This document shows, piece after piece, positions 18,524 through 28,825 of a DNA stretch of 54,991 nt. This DNA is from an uncultured Rhodopirellula sp. Its GTDB lineage: Bacteria > Planctomycetota > Planctomycetia > Pirellulales > Pirellulaceae. The DNA lies in assembly GCA_964007735.1 (NCBI GenBank), contig CAXGAI010000012.1, positions 62,001-116,991 of the forward strand, written 5' to 3'. The position numbers were made by a program, and so were the translations under genes. Position 1 is the stretch's first letter; each line of letters opens with the position of its first letter. The notes beneath the pieces are model-generated. The model was not told the DNA's origin. It was given only the letters and a program-made list of their open reading frames with translations, and made no database searches.

Positions 18524-20884
18524 ATGGAAGAGAAGCCTTTAATCATGCAAGCAGATATTCTGTCTTCGTTGACTGATACACAGCGTGAAGCAGCAACTCA
18601 CATTGACGGCCCTCTGTTAATGCTTGCAGGTCCGGGAAGTGGTAAGACAAGAGTGGTGACGCATCGAATTGCCTACATGCTTACTCAGGGGATTCAGGCT
18701 CGTAATATTCTGGCGTTAACGTTTACCAACAAAGCCGCCGATGAAATGAAGTTGCGGATTGACCGACTTGTTCCTGGGCAGCACTTATGGATGGGAACCT
18801 TTCACGGTTTCTGTGCCCGGCTTTTACGACAATACGGTAATCTTGTAGGGCTGGCCGATAATTTTTCTATTCTGGATACGAAAGATTCCAAGAAAGCTTT
18901 GCAGTCAGCGGTTGACGAAGCAAAAGTAGACTTGTCTCATGCGTCGATCGATACCGTCTTGTGGGAGATTAGTAATGCCAAAAGTAATCTCCGTACTTCT
19001 GAGGAATATGAGCGGGAAAGCGGTAGTAAGTTTAGTGGTGTTTCGGAAATCACCCGGCAGGTATATCCCGTCTACGAGCGTTTTCTGCTTCGAGCAAATT
19101 CAGTCGACTTCGACGATTTATTATTGCATGTCGCGGTGATGTTACGAGACAACGCTGAGTTGCGTCATGATCTCGATCAACGATATAAGTACATCATGGT
19201 CGATGAGTATCAGGATACAAACCTGGCTCAGTATGCCATCGTTCGCGCTCTTTCCCTGTCCAATGAAAATCTATCGGTCACAGGTGATCCGGATCAGTCA
19301 ATTTATGCCTGGCGTGGAGCTAGTATTTCGAACATTCTTGAGTTTGAAAAGGACTATCCGGAGGCCAAGGTTGTCCGTTTGGAGCAGAATTATCGTAGTA
19401 CCAAACGTATCCTGCGTGCGGCTGACGATCTGATTGCGAATAACAAACAGCGTAAACAAAAGCAATTGTTTACAGAAAACGATGAAGGAGAGCCTGTCAG
19501 GCTTGTATGTTTTCCCCACCCCAATGATGAGTCTGATGCCATCGCCGCAAGGATTGCAAGCGAAGTGGAAGGTGGCAAGCGATCACTACGGGATTACGCC
19601 ATCTTCTATCGCGTGAATGCATTTTCGCGACCTCTCGAATATGCCATGATGAAGCAGGGCATCCCTTATCAGGTGGTGCGTGGTTTGGAGTTCTTTCAGC
19701 GTAAAGAGGTTAAGGATCTGCTTTGCTATCTTCAGCTGATCAACAATCCTTCGAATGACGTTGCCTTTAATCGAGTGGTCAATCTGCCGGCTAGAGGAAT
19801 CGGGAAAACGTCTCTTCAGCATGTTATTAATCATGCTCAACGTTATCAATTGACGATGCTTGAAGCTTGTCGTGAAGCAGGCCTGATTGAGTCTCTTTCG
19901 AAACGAGCGGCTACGGCAATCAATAAATTTGTTACTTTAATCGATGTCCTAACAACATCGATTCATATGCCGGTTTCCGATTTACTGGTCGAAGTCGTTG
20001 AAGAGACTGGATACGGTGATTATGTGGATGCACAGGACGCTAAAGCCGATGAAGATCGGCGTGGGAACGTTGATGAATTGATTAATGCTGCCCGGGAGTT
20101 CGAACGGGAAATGCAAGAGTCAACACTGGAAGCTTTTTTAGAGCACGTAGCACTCGTCAGTGATGTGGATGATCTCGATGCAGATCCAGACCGCGTAACT
20201 CTAATGACAATGCACGCTTCAAAAGGACTGGAGTTTCCAAGTGTCTTTATTGTTGGTGTTGAACACGGCATACTGCCTCATGAACGTAGTTTGGAAGATC
20301 CGGCGGCTGAAGAAGAGGAACGTCGTTTATTGTTCGTGGGAATTACTCGAGCCGAGCAACAGTTGCAACTTAGCTATTGTCAACGTCGAACATTTCGCGG
20401 GCAAACAAGAATTGCTTCTCCGAGCCAGTTTTTATACGAGTTGCCACGGGACGAAATGGAATGTCATATTCCAACGGGCGGCCTTTCCACTGTTGGTCTT
20501 GGCGGGTTGGGCAGCGAGTATGAGTTAGAACCTGATTTTATGGATGATATAAACTCAGATTTTGACGTGGATCAGTCTCTTTCGGGCTATGACCAAAGTG
20601 AAGAATTAGCCAGCTCGATTCCCGCTCCTTTGGAGGATATGGCTGCCCAGTTAAAGACGGCAGCTCAATTAATAGGTAAAAAGGTGAAGGGTAAAAAGAA
20701 GGCAGTTGCCTTTCAGCCCGGTATGCAGGTTCATCATGACGAATATGGTACTGGTGTCATAAAGACAATTACAGGCAAAGGTCCCAAACGCACGGCGACG
20801 GTAAAGTTTATCGATCAACAGGAACGGAAGTTTCGTTTGGCATTTGCTCCTTTAACCCCCGTTGCTGATACAAGTGACGGTTAA
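18524..20884 (+). CDS. pcrA: ATP-dependent DNA helicase PcrA/UvrD
   Basis: AGPGSGKT, TFTNKAA, VDEYQDTN, GDPDQSIYAWRGA, LEQNYRST, HASKGLEF and EERRLLFVGITRA, plus a C-terminal Tudor-like domain (GMQVHHDEYGTGVI). Alternative start ATG 18545. Confidence 0.93.
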   Translation: MEEKPLIMQADILSSLTDTQREAATHIDGPLLMLAGPGSGKTRVVTHRIAYMLTQGIQARNILALTFTNKAADEMKLRIDRLVPGQHLWMGTFHGFCARLLRQYGNLVGLADNFSILDTKDSKKALQSAVDEAKVDLSHASIDTVLWEISNAKSNLRTSEEYERESGSKFSGVSEITRQVYPVYERFLLRANSVDFDDLLLHVAVMLRDNAELRHDLDQRYKYIMVDEYQDTNLAQYAIVRALSLSNENLSVTGDPDQSIYAWRGASISNILEFEKDYPEAKVVRLEQNYRSTKRILRAADDLIANNKQRKQKQLFTENDEGEPVRLVCFPHPNDESDAIAARIASEVEGGKRSLRDYAIFYRVNAFSRPLEYAMMKQGIPYQVVRGLEFFQRKEVKDLLCYLQLINNPSNDVAFNRVVNLPARGIGKTSLQHVINHAQRYQLTMLEACREAGLIESLSKRAATAINKFVTLIDVLTTSIHMPVSDLLVEVVEETGYGDYVDAQDAKADEDRRGNVDELINAAREFEREMQESTLEAFLEHVALVSDVDDLDADPDRVTLMTMHASKGLEFPSVFIVGVEHGILPHERSLEDPAAEEEERRLLFVGITRAEQQLQLSYCQRRTFRGQTRIASPSQFLYELPRDEMECHIPTGGLSTVGLGGLGSEYELEPDFMDDINSDFDVDQSLSGYDQSEELASSIPAPLEDMAAQLKTAAQLIGKKVKGKKKAVAFQPGMQVHHDEYGTGVIKTITGKGPKRTATVKFIDQQERKFRLAFAPLTPVADTSDG

Positions 20885-20925
20885 AGAATGGTTGAGTTGT
20901 AATCTTCCAAAAATAAATTAAAACG

Positions 20926-22380
20926 ATGGCTGCAAAAAACCGTTACCGCCGTATCGCTCAGTACAAACAACCGGCCGCATTGCGCGAACGGTTTGCGGAA
21001 CTGGGATTTGAATTGCCATGTGATGATCAGATACAGTCGGCAAGCGATGGATCCCCCTTGGCAACGCCGGTTGATATTGGCGGTTTCGCCGTTGGAAATC
21101 GTTGGTGTATCCATCCGATGGAAGGGTGGGATGCCAATACGGATGGTTCTCCGACCGACCGAACCCTGCGTCGTTGGAGGAATTTTGGTCTTAGCGGAGC
21201 GAAGTTGATTTGGGGTGGCGAAGCAGCGGCCGTCCAACCGGATGGTCGGGCGAATCCCCATCAAACGATGGCAGTGGCTCAAAATGCCACAGGAATCAAA
21301 GCCTTGCTGGATGAATTGCTGACCGCCCATCAGGAAAAGTTCGGGACGACCAGTGATTTGCTCGTCGGTTTGCAGTTGACTCATTCGGGAAGATTTTGCA
21401 GGCCGAACAGTAAACAGTTAGAACCCCGAATTGCTTATCATCATCCGTTGTTAGATGCCAAGTTTGGTATCGATCCTAAAGACGCATCCATTGTCTGGAC
21501 GGATGCGCAATTGGAGAAACTGATTCAGTCGTACGTAAATGCGGCTAAGTTGGCTCAACGGGCTGGTTACAAATTCGTTGACGTAAAGTGTTGTCATGGG
21601 TATTTGCTGCATGAGTTCCTCAGCGCGCGGATTCGTCCCGGTCGCTTTGGCGGTAACTATGAGGGACGGACGCGTTTGTTGAAAACGATCATTGAACAGA
21701 TCCAGCAGCAGTGCCCGGGGCTCTTGGTACTTGTACGGCTAAGCTTTTTTGATGCTCCGCCTTTTATCAGTAGCCAAGACGTGGGTGTGCCGATGGATTT
21801 TGAGTCTTTGTTGCCCTATCAATTTGGCTTTGGATGCCGGGAAGACAATCCGCTAGAACTCGATCTCACCGAGCCGATTCGTCTAGTGACTGAATTGAGA
21901 GATATGGGGGTTGCTGCGGTTAATCTTTCGTGTGCCAGTCCCTATTACAATCCACACTTCATGCGTCCTGCTTCGTTTCCCCCAAGTGATGGTTATCTTC
22001 CGCCAGAGGATCCGCTTGTCGGAGTCTTTCGACAAATCGATGCTGTCAGACGATGCAAACAAGCGGTGCCTGGAATTCCTCTCGTGGGTACAGGTTATAC
22101 CTATCTTCAGGAATATCTACCGCATGTCGCCCAAGCCGTTGTGCGACAAGGTTGGGTTGATGTTGTTGGGCTGGGCCGAATGGTACTGTCATACTGGAAT
22201 TTGCCAGCAGATACGCTTGAACAGGGAGTAATGCATCGTAAATTGATATGCCGCACTTTTAGTGATTGCACGACAGCACCACGAAATGGCATGATTTCAG
22301 GATGTTTTCCATTAGATCCTTACTACAAGCAGATGGAAGAAGCTGGTAGGCTCAAGGAATTGAAAAGAACGTCGACGTAG
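20926..22380 (+). CDS. NADH:flavin oxidoreductase (Old Yellow Enzyme-like)
   Basis: NRWCIHPMEGWD, LQLTHSGR, KCCHGYLLHEFLSA..R.GRFGG and VGLGR. Confidence 0.88.
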   Translation: MAAKNRYRRIAQYKQPAALRERFAELGFELPCDDQIQSASDGSPLATPVDIGGFAVGNRWCIHPMEGWDANTDGSPTDRTLRRWRNFGLSGAKLIWGGEAAAVQPDGRANPHQTMAVAQNATGIKALLDELLTAHQEKFGTTSDLLVGLQLTHSGRFCRPNSKQLEPRIAYHHPLLDAKFGIDPKDASIVWTDAQLEKLIQSYVNAAKLAQRAGYKFVDVKCCHGYLLHEFLSARIRPGRFGGNYEGRTRLLKTIIEQIQQQCPGLLVLVRLSFFDAPPFISSQDVGVPMDFESLLPYQFGFGCREDNPLELDLTEPIRLVTELRDMGVAAVNLSCASPYYNPHFMRPASFPPSDGYLPPEDPLVGVFRQIDAVRRCKQAVPGIPLVGTGYTYLQEYLPHVAQAVVRQGWVDVVGLGRMVLSYWNLPADTLEQGVMHRKLICRTFSDCTTAPRNGMISGCFPLDPYYKQMEEAGRLKELKRTST

Positions 22381-22443
22381 AGTTTGCAGCATGCAATCCT
22401 GTGAGGATGCATCAGCCATTTGTCGATGGATTAACCACCTCGG

Positions 22444-25400
22444 GTGAGTAATGAAAAGTCATTGCCTTACCCAGATAATACTGACCTAAGTTTGATGCTT
22501 GATTTGACTCGCTTGTTGGCAAATCAGACAGACTTCATGGATACGGTTGCCGTTCTACAGGAGGGGCAGGGGGCCAGTGTTGATGGAGTTTGGGGGTCGT
22601 CCTGCGCGCTGGTTTCTGCAGCTATCAATACCGGTGGATTTCCGGTGAATCTGATCGTGCTTCCCGAGGGTAAGCAGATTGATGATTTCCGTGATGATCT
22701 TGCATTGTTCACGGATCAGGAAGTCTTCGCATTTCCGGTACTCGAGAACGGATCTTCTCGTGAATCCTATGGAAATGATGATCAACACGGGGAACGTATC
22801 CGTATTCTCAAACGGTTACTTGAATATGACCGACGAGAAGTGAAGCCATGCTCCATCGTGACGAGTGTACAGGCATTGTTGCAGCCGGTGCCTACGAAAC
22901 AGTCTCTGGTAGCAGCTACCCGCTGCCTGCAGGTTGGGGATATTTTTGATATTGAAAACCTGCAAACATGGCTGGTCGAAAACGGCTTCCATGCGACCTC
23001 AGCCGTTGAATTGCCCGGCGAGTTTTCCCGACGAGGTGGAATCCTCGATATCTACGCGCCGGAATGGGAGCAGCCAGTGCGTCTGGAATTTTGGGATGAA
23101 GAACTGGAATCACTTCGGCGGTTTGACGTTCGGACACAACGCTCCATTGAATCTCTTAATCGGATCGAATTGACTTCCATCCAGTCGTATTATCGTGGTG
23201 AAGATCATCTGGCTAATTACTTACCTCGAGGTAGTAATGTCACGATTGTGGAGATGGCAGATTTAGATATTCAGGCTCGTGAATATTTGAAGCGAGCCGA
23301 TGATTTTCAGCGATGTCACCAGATACAAGAAGTGATTCAAAGTCTTACTCAGGGCGGCTATCTGTTACTGAGTGCATTAGCGGCTGGCGAATTGCAACAT
23401 GACCTGAAGTTGGCATTTGAGTCGGTGGATCGTTTCTCCGGGGATGTCGATAGCATTTCGCTGCAAGTGGAGCGAATCGGGAATGATCATCAGCTTGTCA
23501 TCGTTTGTCCGACAGAGGCTGAAATTCACCGAATGCAGGAGATTCTGCAGGATACACGCGCTGCCTCCCGTGAACGCATTCGCTTTGAGTTAGGTTATCT
23601 CAAGCAGGGGTTTCACTGGGTTTCACAAAAGACCGTGGTGCTGTCGGTGGGCGAACTGTTTCGACGCACTCAGTTGCGTCGTCGCCAGTTACGTCAAAAA
23701 GGGAAACCGCTCAATAGTTTTACTGAGTTGAAGAATGGCGAGCTGGTCGTCCACTTGGCTCATGGTATTGGACGCTATCGAGGGATGGAATTGCTGGAAA
23801 AAGAGGGATACATGGAAGAGCATCTGGTGGTCGAATTCCACGGCCATACCAGAATCTATGTACCAGCGACTCGCATTGATTTGGTGCAAAAGTATATCGG
23901 GGGGCGTAAGGTTCGGCCAGCACTTGCTCGAATCGGCGGCAAGACGTGGCAAAACCAGAAGAAGGCGGCGGCGACAGCGGTTCAGGATATGGCCGCAGAG
24001 TTAGTCGAACTGCAGGCCACACGTATGGCAAGACCCGGTATCACTTTTCAGTCGGACTCGGTTTGGCAGAACGAATTTGACGCGTCATTTCCCTACGATG
24101 AAACCACTGATCAACTCGAGAGTATTTCGGATATTAAAGACGATATGCATGGTACGCGACCAATGGATCGCCTGCTTTGCGGTGACGTTGGATTTGGGAA
24201 AACAGAAGTCGCAATGCGAGCGGCCTTTAAAGCGGTTGATAGCGGTTATCAGGTGGCCGTCCTCGTCCCGACGACGGTTTTAGCCGAACAGCATTACCAA
24301 ACGTTTAGGTCCAGGATGGCACAGTTTCCAATCGACGTAGCGCGTTTGAGTCGATTTGTTTCTCCTGCCGAACAACGAGAAGCTTTAGCCGGCATTGCAA
24401 GTGGGAAAATCGATATCGTTATTGGTACTCACCGTATCGCTTCCAAAGATGTTCGCTTCCAAAATCTCGGTCTGGTTATTATCGATGAGGAACAACGATT
24501 TGGTGTTGAGATTAAAGAACGATTAAAAAATGTTAGTAACAATGTCGATGTTCTGACGTTATCGGCGACACCAATTCCTCGAACCCTTCACATGTCATTG
24601 GTAGGCGTACGTGATATCTCTAATCTGCTCACAGCGCCGGAAGAGCGGGTGCCCGTTGAAACGCGGGTTTTACGATCTCAGGATGAAATTATTCAAGCTG
24701 CGATCCACCGTGAAATGAATCGCGGAGGTCAGGTTTACTTTGTCCATAATCGGGTGAATGACATTGAACGATTGGCTCGAAAGCTTCGTGAATTAGTTCC
24801 CGAAGCGCGTCTTGAAATCGGACATGGTCAGATGAAAGAATCCGAATTGGAACGCGTGATGGTCGGGTTCATCAATCATGACTTTGACATTCTATTGGCG
24901 ACCACGATCGTTGAAAGTGGATTGGACATTCCAAATGCAAACACAATCTTTATCGATCAGGCCGATCGGTACGGTTTGGCAGATTTACATCAGCTGCGTG
25001 GGCGGGTTGGACGCTATAAGCATCGCGCTTATTGCTACCTATTAATCGATCAGCACAAACATATCACCCCGGATGCAGCGCGAAGGCTGCGCGCCATCGA
25101 GGAATATTCGGAAATGGGGGCGGGCTTTGCGATTGCGATGCGGGATTTGGAGATTCGCGGAGCGGGTAATTTGTTAGGAAGTCAGCAGTCCGGACACATC
25201 GCGACCGTTGGATACGAGTTTTATTGCTCCTTGCTTGAAAATGCGGTTCGTCAGATCAAAAAACAACCTCCGAAACTGGCAATTGATGTTGAGATTGATT
25301 TACCGGTCGATGCGTTTCTACCGGAAGATTATGTAACCGATATTCGAGCGAAGATAGATTTTTATCGGCGTTTGGCGAAGTTAGACGATTTTCAGCAAGT

Positions 25401-25716
25401 CCATCAGCTCGAAGAGGAGTTAGTGGATCGTTTTGGCCGTGTGCCTCAAAGCGTTCAACAACTCCTCCAACTTGCCGAGATCAGACTGGAAGCTGCGATT
25501 TGGCAACTCACTTCGATTAGTCTCGAAGACCGGTTTCTGCGAATTCAGTATGTTGATCGCCAGCGGATCGAACAGTTGTCACGCAATACCAATGGTGCGC
25601 TGCGGATTGTTGATCAGAAGAGTGCTTATATGACGATTCCAGCTGGAATGAAGAGTGATCATAGTCTGATTGACTTTGTCAAATCGGTGTTGCAGCCCGC
25701 AGTGAATAATTCCTAG
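22444..25716 (+). CDS. mfd: transcription-repair coupling factor
   Basis: UvrB-like N-terminus (RGGILDIY), RID (VVHLAHGIGRY), CGDVGFGKTEVA, DEEQRFG, HQLRGRVGR, DLEIRGAGNLLG and a C-terminal TRCF domain. Confidence 0.97.
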   Translation: MSNEKSLPYPDNTDLSLMLDLTRLLANQTDFMDTVAVLQEGQGASVDGVWGSSCALVSAAINTGGFPVNLIVLPEGKQIDDFRDDLALFTDQEVFAFPVLENGSSRESYGNDDQHGERIRILKRLLEYDRREVKPCSIVTSVQALLQPVPTKQSLVAATRCLQVGDIFDIENLQTWLVENGFHATSAVELPGEFSRRGGILDIYAPEWEQPVRLEFWDEELESLRRFDVRTQRSIESLNRIELTSIQSYYRGEDHLANYLPRGSNVTIVEMADLDIQAREYLKRADDFQRCHQIQEVIQSLTQGGYLLLSALAAGELQHDLKLAFESVDRFSGDVDSISLQVERIGNDHQLVIVCPTEAEIHRMQEILQDTRAASRERIRFELGYLKQGFHWVSQKTVVLSVGELFRRTQLRRRQLRQKGKPLNSFTELKNGELVVHLAHGIGRYRGMELLEKEGYMEEHLVVEFHGHTRIYVPATRIDLVQKYIGGRKVRPALARIGGKTWQNQKKAAATAVQDMAAELVELQATRMARPGITFQSDSVWQNEFDASFPYDETTDQLESISDIKDDMHGTRPMDRLLCGDVGFGKTEVAMRAAFKAVDSGYQVAVLVPTTVLAEQHYQTFRSRMAQFPIDVARLSRFVSPAEQREALAGIASGKIDIVIGTHRIASKDVRFQNLGLVIIDEEQRFGVEIKERLKNVSNNVDVLTLSATPIPRTLHMSLVGVRDISNLLTAPEERVPVETRVLRSQDEIIQAAIHREMNRGGQVYFVHNRVNDIERLARKLRELVPEARLEIGHGQMKESELERVMVGFINHDFDILLATTIVESGLDIPNANTIFIDQADRYGLADLHQLRGRVGRYKHRAYCYLLIDQHKHITPDAARRLRAIEEYSEMGAGFAIAMRDLEIRGAGNLLGSQQSGHIATVGYEFYCSLLENAVRQIKKQPPKLAIDVEIDLPVDAFLPEDYVTDIRAKIDFYRRLAKLDDFQQVHQLEEELVDRFGRVPQSVQQLLQLAEIRLEAAIWQLTSISLEDRFLRIQYVDRQRIEQLSRNTNGALRIVDQKSAYMTIPAGMKSDHSLIDFVKSVLQPAVNNS

Positions 25717-25844
25717 AATTGCACAGCTGCCCGTCCCCGATTGATTGATAAAGAACAAACAGGCAGCGGTAAAAAAAGAGGAACCGCATTTCCCGGGAAT
25801 CTTTTTAACCTCCATTCGTCAAATACAGGTATTATTCGAAGATA

Positions 25845-27176
25845 ATGAAGCATCAGGTCATCTTGTCTATCGTCGTGGTCGCGATTTTATTTGCATCAAA
25901 TTTTGATACATTGCTGGCACAGCCGCTTGCACCAGTGGATCCTACCGTGAAGGGTGTCCCAGAATCAGCTCAGCCGGCAAACAATAGTCAGAACTTCGAT
26001 CAACCCGTTCTGAGACCTAGATTTGTGCCGGCGTCCGGTGCTCCGCAAGTAGCAATTCTCCCCAACAATACGACTGCAGCAACTCGGCAGGTAACTTCAG
26101 CAAACGATACGATCAATGATGTTTATGAACCGACGACCGTTCTGGCGACAGTAGGTCCTGAATACATTCTTGCAGGCGACTTAATTCCTCAGGTGGAAAT
26201 AGTGATGTGGTTGATGTTTAAGGACAGTCCTCCGGAAGAATTGGCCAAACTCAAAAAGCAAATTGATGCTCAAAAGGAAATGCTCCTTAAAAATTTGTTA
26301 TCACAGGCGATTGATTCCAAACTTCTCTATTTGGCATTCAAGCGATCTATGAAGCCGGAGGAACTGGAACAATTCGAAGAGCGGGCGACAGAGATCGTTG
26401 ATAATGCATTTCTTACATCTATTGACGAGACTCTTTTGCTGGTCAAATCCGCAGACAAGCAGGAGATGAAACGTCTGCGAGCCAAAGATATCCAAATTGC
26501 TCAGCTATGTACGTTGATGGTGGAACATGATGTCGAGTCTCTGCGAGAGTTGGACGCCATCTTACGGAAATTTGGTAGCTCGCTGGAACAGGCCAAGAAT
26601 ACCTTTGCAGAAACTAATTTTGGACGACAGGCGATTTCACTGGATGTGAAGCTCCAATACGAAATTACTCATCAGGATATGCTCGATTATTATCTGGAGA
26701 ATAGCGAGGATTATCAAATCAACGAAGCAGTGAGTTTTCAGCAGTTAACCGTGCAGTTCAAAAACCATGAGACGAAGCAGCAGGCATATCAAAAAATATG
26801 TACTTTGGGTAACAGTGTGCTTCAGGGAGCCCCGTTTGAGAAAGTCGCTATCTCGCAATCTGAAGGCCCGAAGGCAAAGCAGGGAGGCAGGTACGAGAAT
26901 ATTGAAAAAGGAGATCTTGTCAGTGAAAAGGTAGAAACGGTTGCTTTCGATATACCGGTCAACCGCATGAGTCCGATCATTGAGGACGACAAGGGATTCT
27001 ATATCATTCGCATTTACAATTACCGTCAGGCCGGTAAGGAAAAGTTTACGGAGGTACAGGGTGATATCGAGCAGATGATTACGAACCAGCGCCGTAACGA
27101 TGCGATTCAGAAATACATTAAGCAGGTTGGGAATCACGTACCAGTCTGGAATCGTCTGGAAGAAAAGAAGCCATAG
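25845..27176 (+). CDS. secreted PpiC/parvulin-type peptidyl-prolyl isomerase (SurA/PrsA-like)
   Basis: Signal peptide and C-terminal FEKVAISQSEGPKAKQGG...SPIIEDDKGFYII. The mfd-PPIase gene order is common. Confidence 0.8.
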   Translation: MKHQVILSIVVVAILFASNFDTLLAQPLAPVDPTVKGVPESAQPANNSQNFDQPVLRPRFVPASGAPQVAILPNNTTAATRQVTSANDTINDVYEPTTVLATVGPEYILAGDLIPQVEIVMWLMFKDSPPEELAKLKKQIDAQKEMLLKNLLSQAIDSKLLYLAFKRSMKPEELEQFEERATEIVDNAFLTSIDETLLLVKSADKQEMKRLRAKDIQIAQLCTLMVEHDVESLRELDAILRKFGSSLEQAKNTFAETNFGRQAISLDVKLQYEITHQDMLDYYLENSEDYQINEAVSFQQLTVQFKNHETKQQAYQKICTLGNSVLQGAPFEKVAISQSEGPKAKQGGRYENIEKGDLVSEKVETVAFDIPVNRMSPIIEDDKGFYIIRIYNYRQAGKEKFTEVQGDIEQMITNQRRNDAIQKYIKQVGNHVPVWNRLEEKKP

Positions 27177-27211
27177 ACCGGGGTGTAGCGTTACACTTCG
27201 GAGACAAAATC

Positions 27212-27250
27212 AAAGCCTCGCTGTAAGTCTGACTTATAGAGGGGCTTTTT
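27212..27250 (+). terminator. intrinsic terminator after the mfd-PPIase unit
   Basis: Hairpin AAAGCCTC-g-CTGTAAGT-ctg-ACTTATAG-a-GGGGCTTT ending in a T-run. Confidence 0.6.
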
Positions 27251-27378
27251 CTATTAAAAACATGACTAGGCGTCTGCTATTAAACTGGTTTCAAAATGTT
27301 ATATTGGATAGATACTTAACATACCTGCTACTAGATCAGACTGATCTATCATCGTTAATACGCCAAGGAATGCACTGT

Positions 27379-28647
27379 ATGTCGGATGTTGCAAAGCTTT
27401 CGGTGGGTGAACACGAACTCGAATTACCCGTAGTCGTAGGCACTGAGAATGAACAAGGGCTTGATATAAGCAAGCTGCGTGGTCTTACTGGATTGATCAC
27501 ACTGGATGAGGGTTTCGTCAACACAGGCTCGACACGAAGCGCTATTACTTTTCTCGATGGTGAAAAGGGAATTCTTCGTTATCGCGGTTATGCGATTGAA
27601 GATATCTGTAAGAATTGCGACTTCATTGATTCGACACTACTTTTGTTAAACGGTGAACTGCCTTCGGATGAAGAACGAGGATCTTTTCGTCAGTCCGTGA
27701 TCGCAGACATGCAATTACCCGCAGGGATGGGCGAGCTAATCAGGACCTTTCCGCGGGAAGCACATCCGATGGCGATGTTAGCATCCTGTGTGAATGCGTT
27801 ATCGACACATCACCAGGATCAGGTTGATCCACTCGATCGTGCTCAGGTTCAGAGCTCCACGCAACGTTTGATTGCAACGTTGCCGACGATTGCAGCTTAT
27901 ATTCATCGTCATCGTACCGATCAGCCTTTCGTCGCGCCTAATCCAGAGTTGGGATATGTTGAGAATTTTCTGACTATGATGTTCGCTGATGCGCAGGGCG
28001 ATTACGAAATTGATGCAGACTTCGTCGCAGCGTTGAACTTGTTATTGATTGTTCATCTAGATCACGAACAGAACTGTAGTACTTCCACGGTTCGTGTTGT
28101 AGGTTCTGCGAATACAAACTTGTATGCTTCGATTGCGGCTGGTGTTTGTGCTTTATGGGGTCCGCTTCATGGTGGTGCTAACGAAGCTTGTGTTAACATG
28201 CTGACGGACATTGCTGCTGACGGTGGGGATGTGGCTAAATATGTAGACATGGCCAAAGATAAACAAAATGGTTTCCGATTGATGGGATTTGGTCACCGTG
28301 TTTACAAAAACTATGATCCACGCGCACGTATTATCAAAGGTGCCTGTGACGTTCTTCTGGAAAAACTTGATCTCGATGATCCTCTCTTTGAAATCGCGCA
28401 GTCATTGGAAAAGGTGGCACTGGAAGATGAGTATTTTGTAGCTCGTAAACTGTACCCGAATGTCGACTTCTATTCGGGCGTGATTTACCGAGCGATTGGT
28501 ATTCCGGTTGAGCTTTTCACGGTCTTATTTGCTATGGGACGACTTCCAGGCTGGATTGCACACTGGCAGGAATTACATGCTTCGCCTACAAAGCGAATTT
28601 GTCGTCCACGCCAGGTTTATACCGGACCAGAACTCCGAGAAATCTAA
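27379..28647 (+). CDS. gltA: citrate synthase
   Basis: ITFLDGEKGILRYRGY, DHEQNCST, GPLHGGAN, GFGHRVYKNYDPRA and LYPNVDFYSG. Start moved to ATG 27379 (AAGGA RBS). Confidence 0.97.
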   Translation: MSDVAKLSVGEHELELPVVVGTENEQGLDISKLRGLTGLITLDEGFVNTGSTRSAITFLDGEKGILRYRGYAIEDICKNCDFIDSTLLLLNGELPSDEERGSFRQSVIADMQLPAGMGELIRTFPREAHPMAMLASCVNALSTHHQDQVDPLDRAQVQSSTQRLIATLPTIAAYIHRHRTDQPFVAPNPELGYVENFLTMMFADAQGDYEIDADFVAALNLLLIVHLDHEQNCSTSTVRVVGSANTNLYASIAAGVCALWGPLHGGANEACVNMLTDIAADGGDVAKYVDMAKDKQNGFRLMGFGHRVYKNYDPRARIIKGACDVLLEKLDLDDPLFEIAQSLEKVALEDEYFVARKLYPNVDFYSGVIYRAIGIPVELFTVLFAMGRLPGWIAHWQELHASPTKRICRPRQVYTGPELREI

Positions 28648-28825
28648 ACAACGGCTTATTTAACTCTCAGCGTTGTGAAACTTCACTTATTAGGTGGCAT
28701 AAACTACCTAATCCATACAACCGGCTAACTGCTACGTTCCTAGCTGTCAGGTGATTATTTGTCACCTTGGTTGATTACGTCGATACCTAAAAAGAGGTAC
28801 CGTTTACCTCACTTTATGTTGCCGC

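Noticed and set aside
27100..27378. N-terminal extension of citrate synthase in the ORF track
   Set aside because: It overlaps the PPIase 3' end and a terminator; ATG 27379 has an RBS and a typical GltA start.
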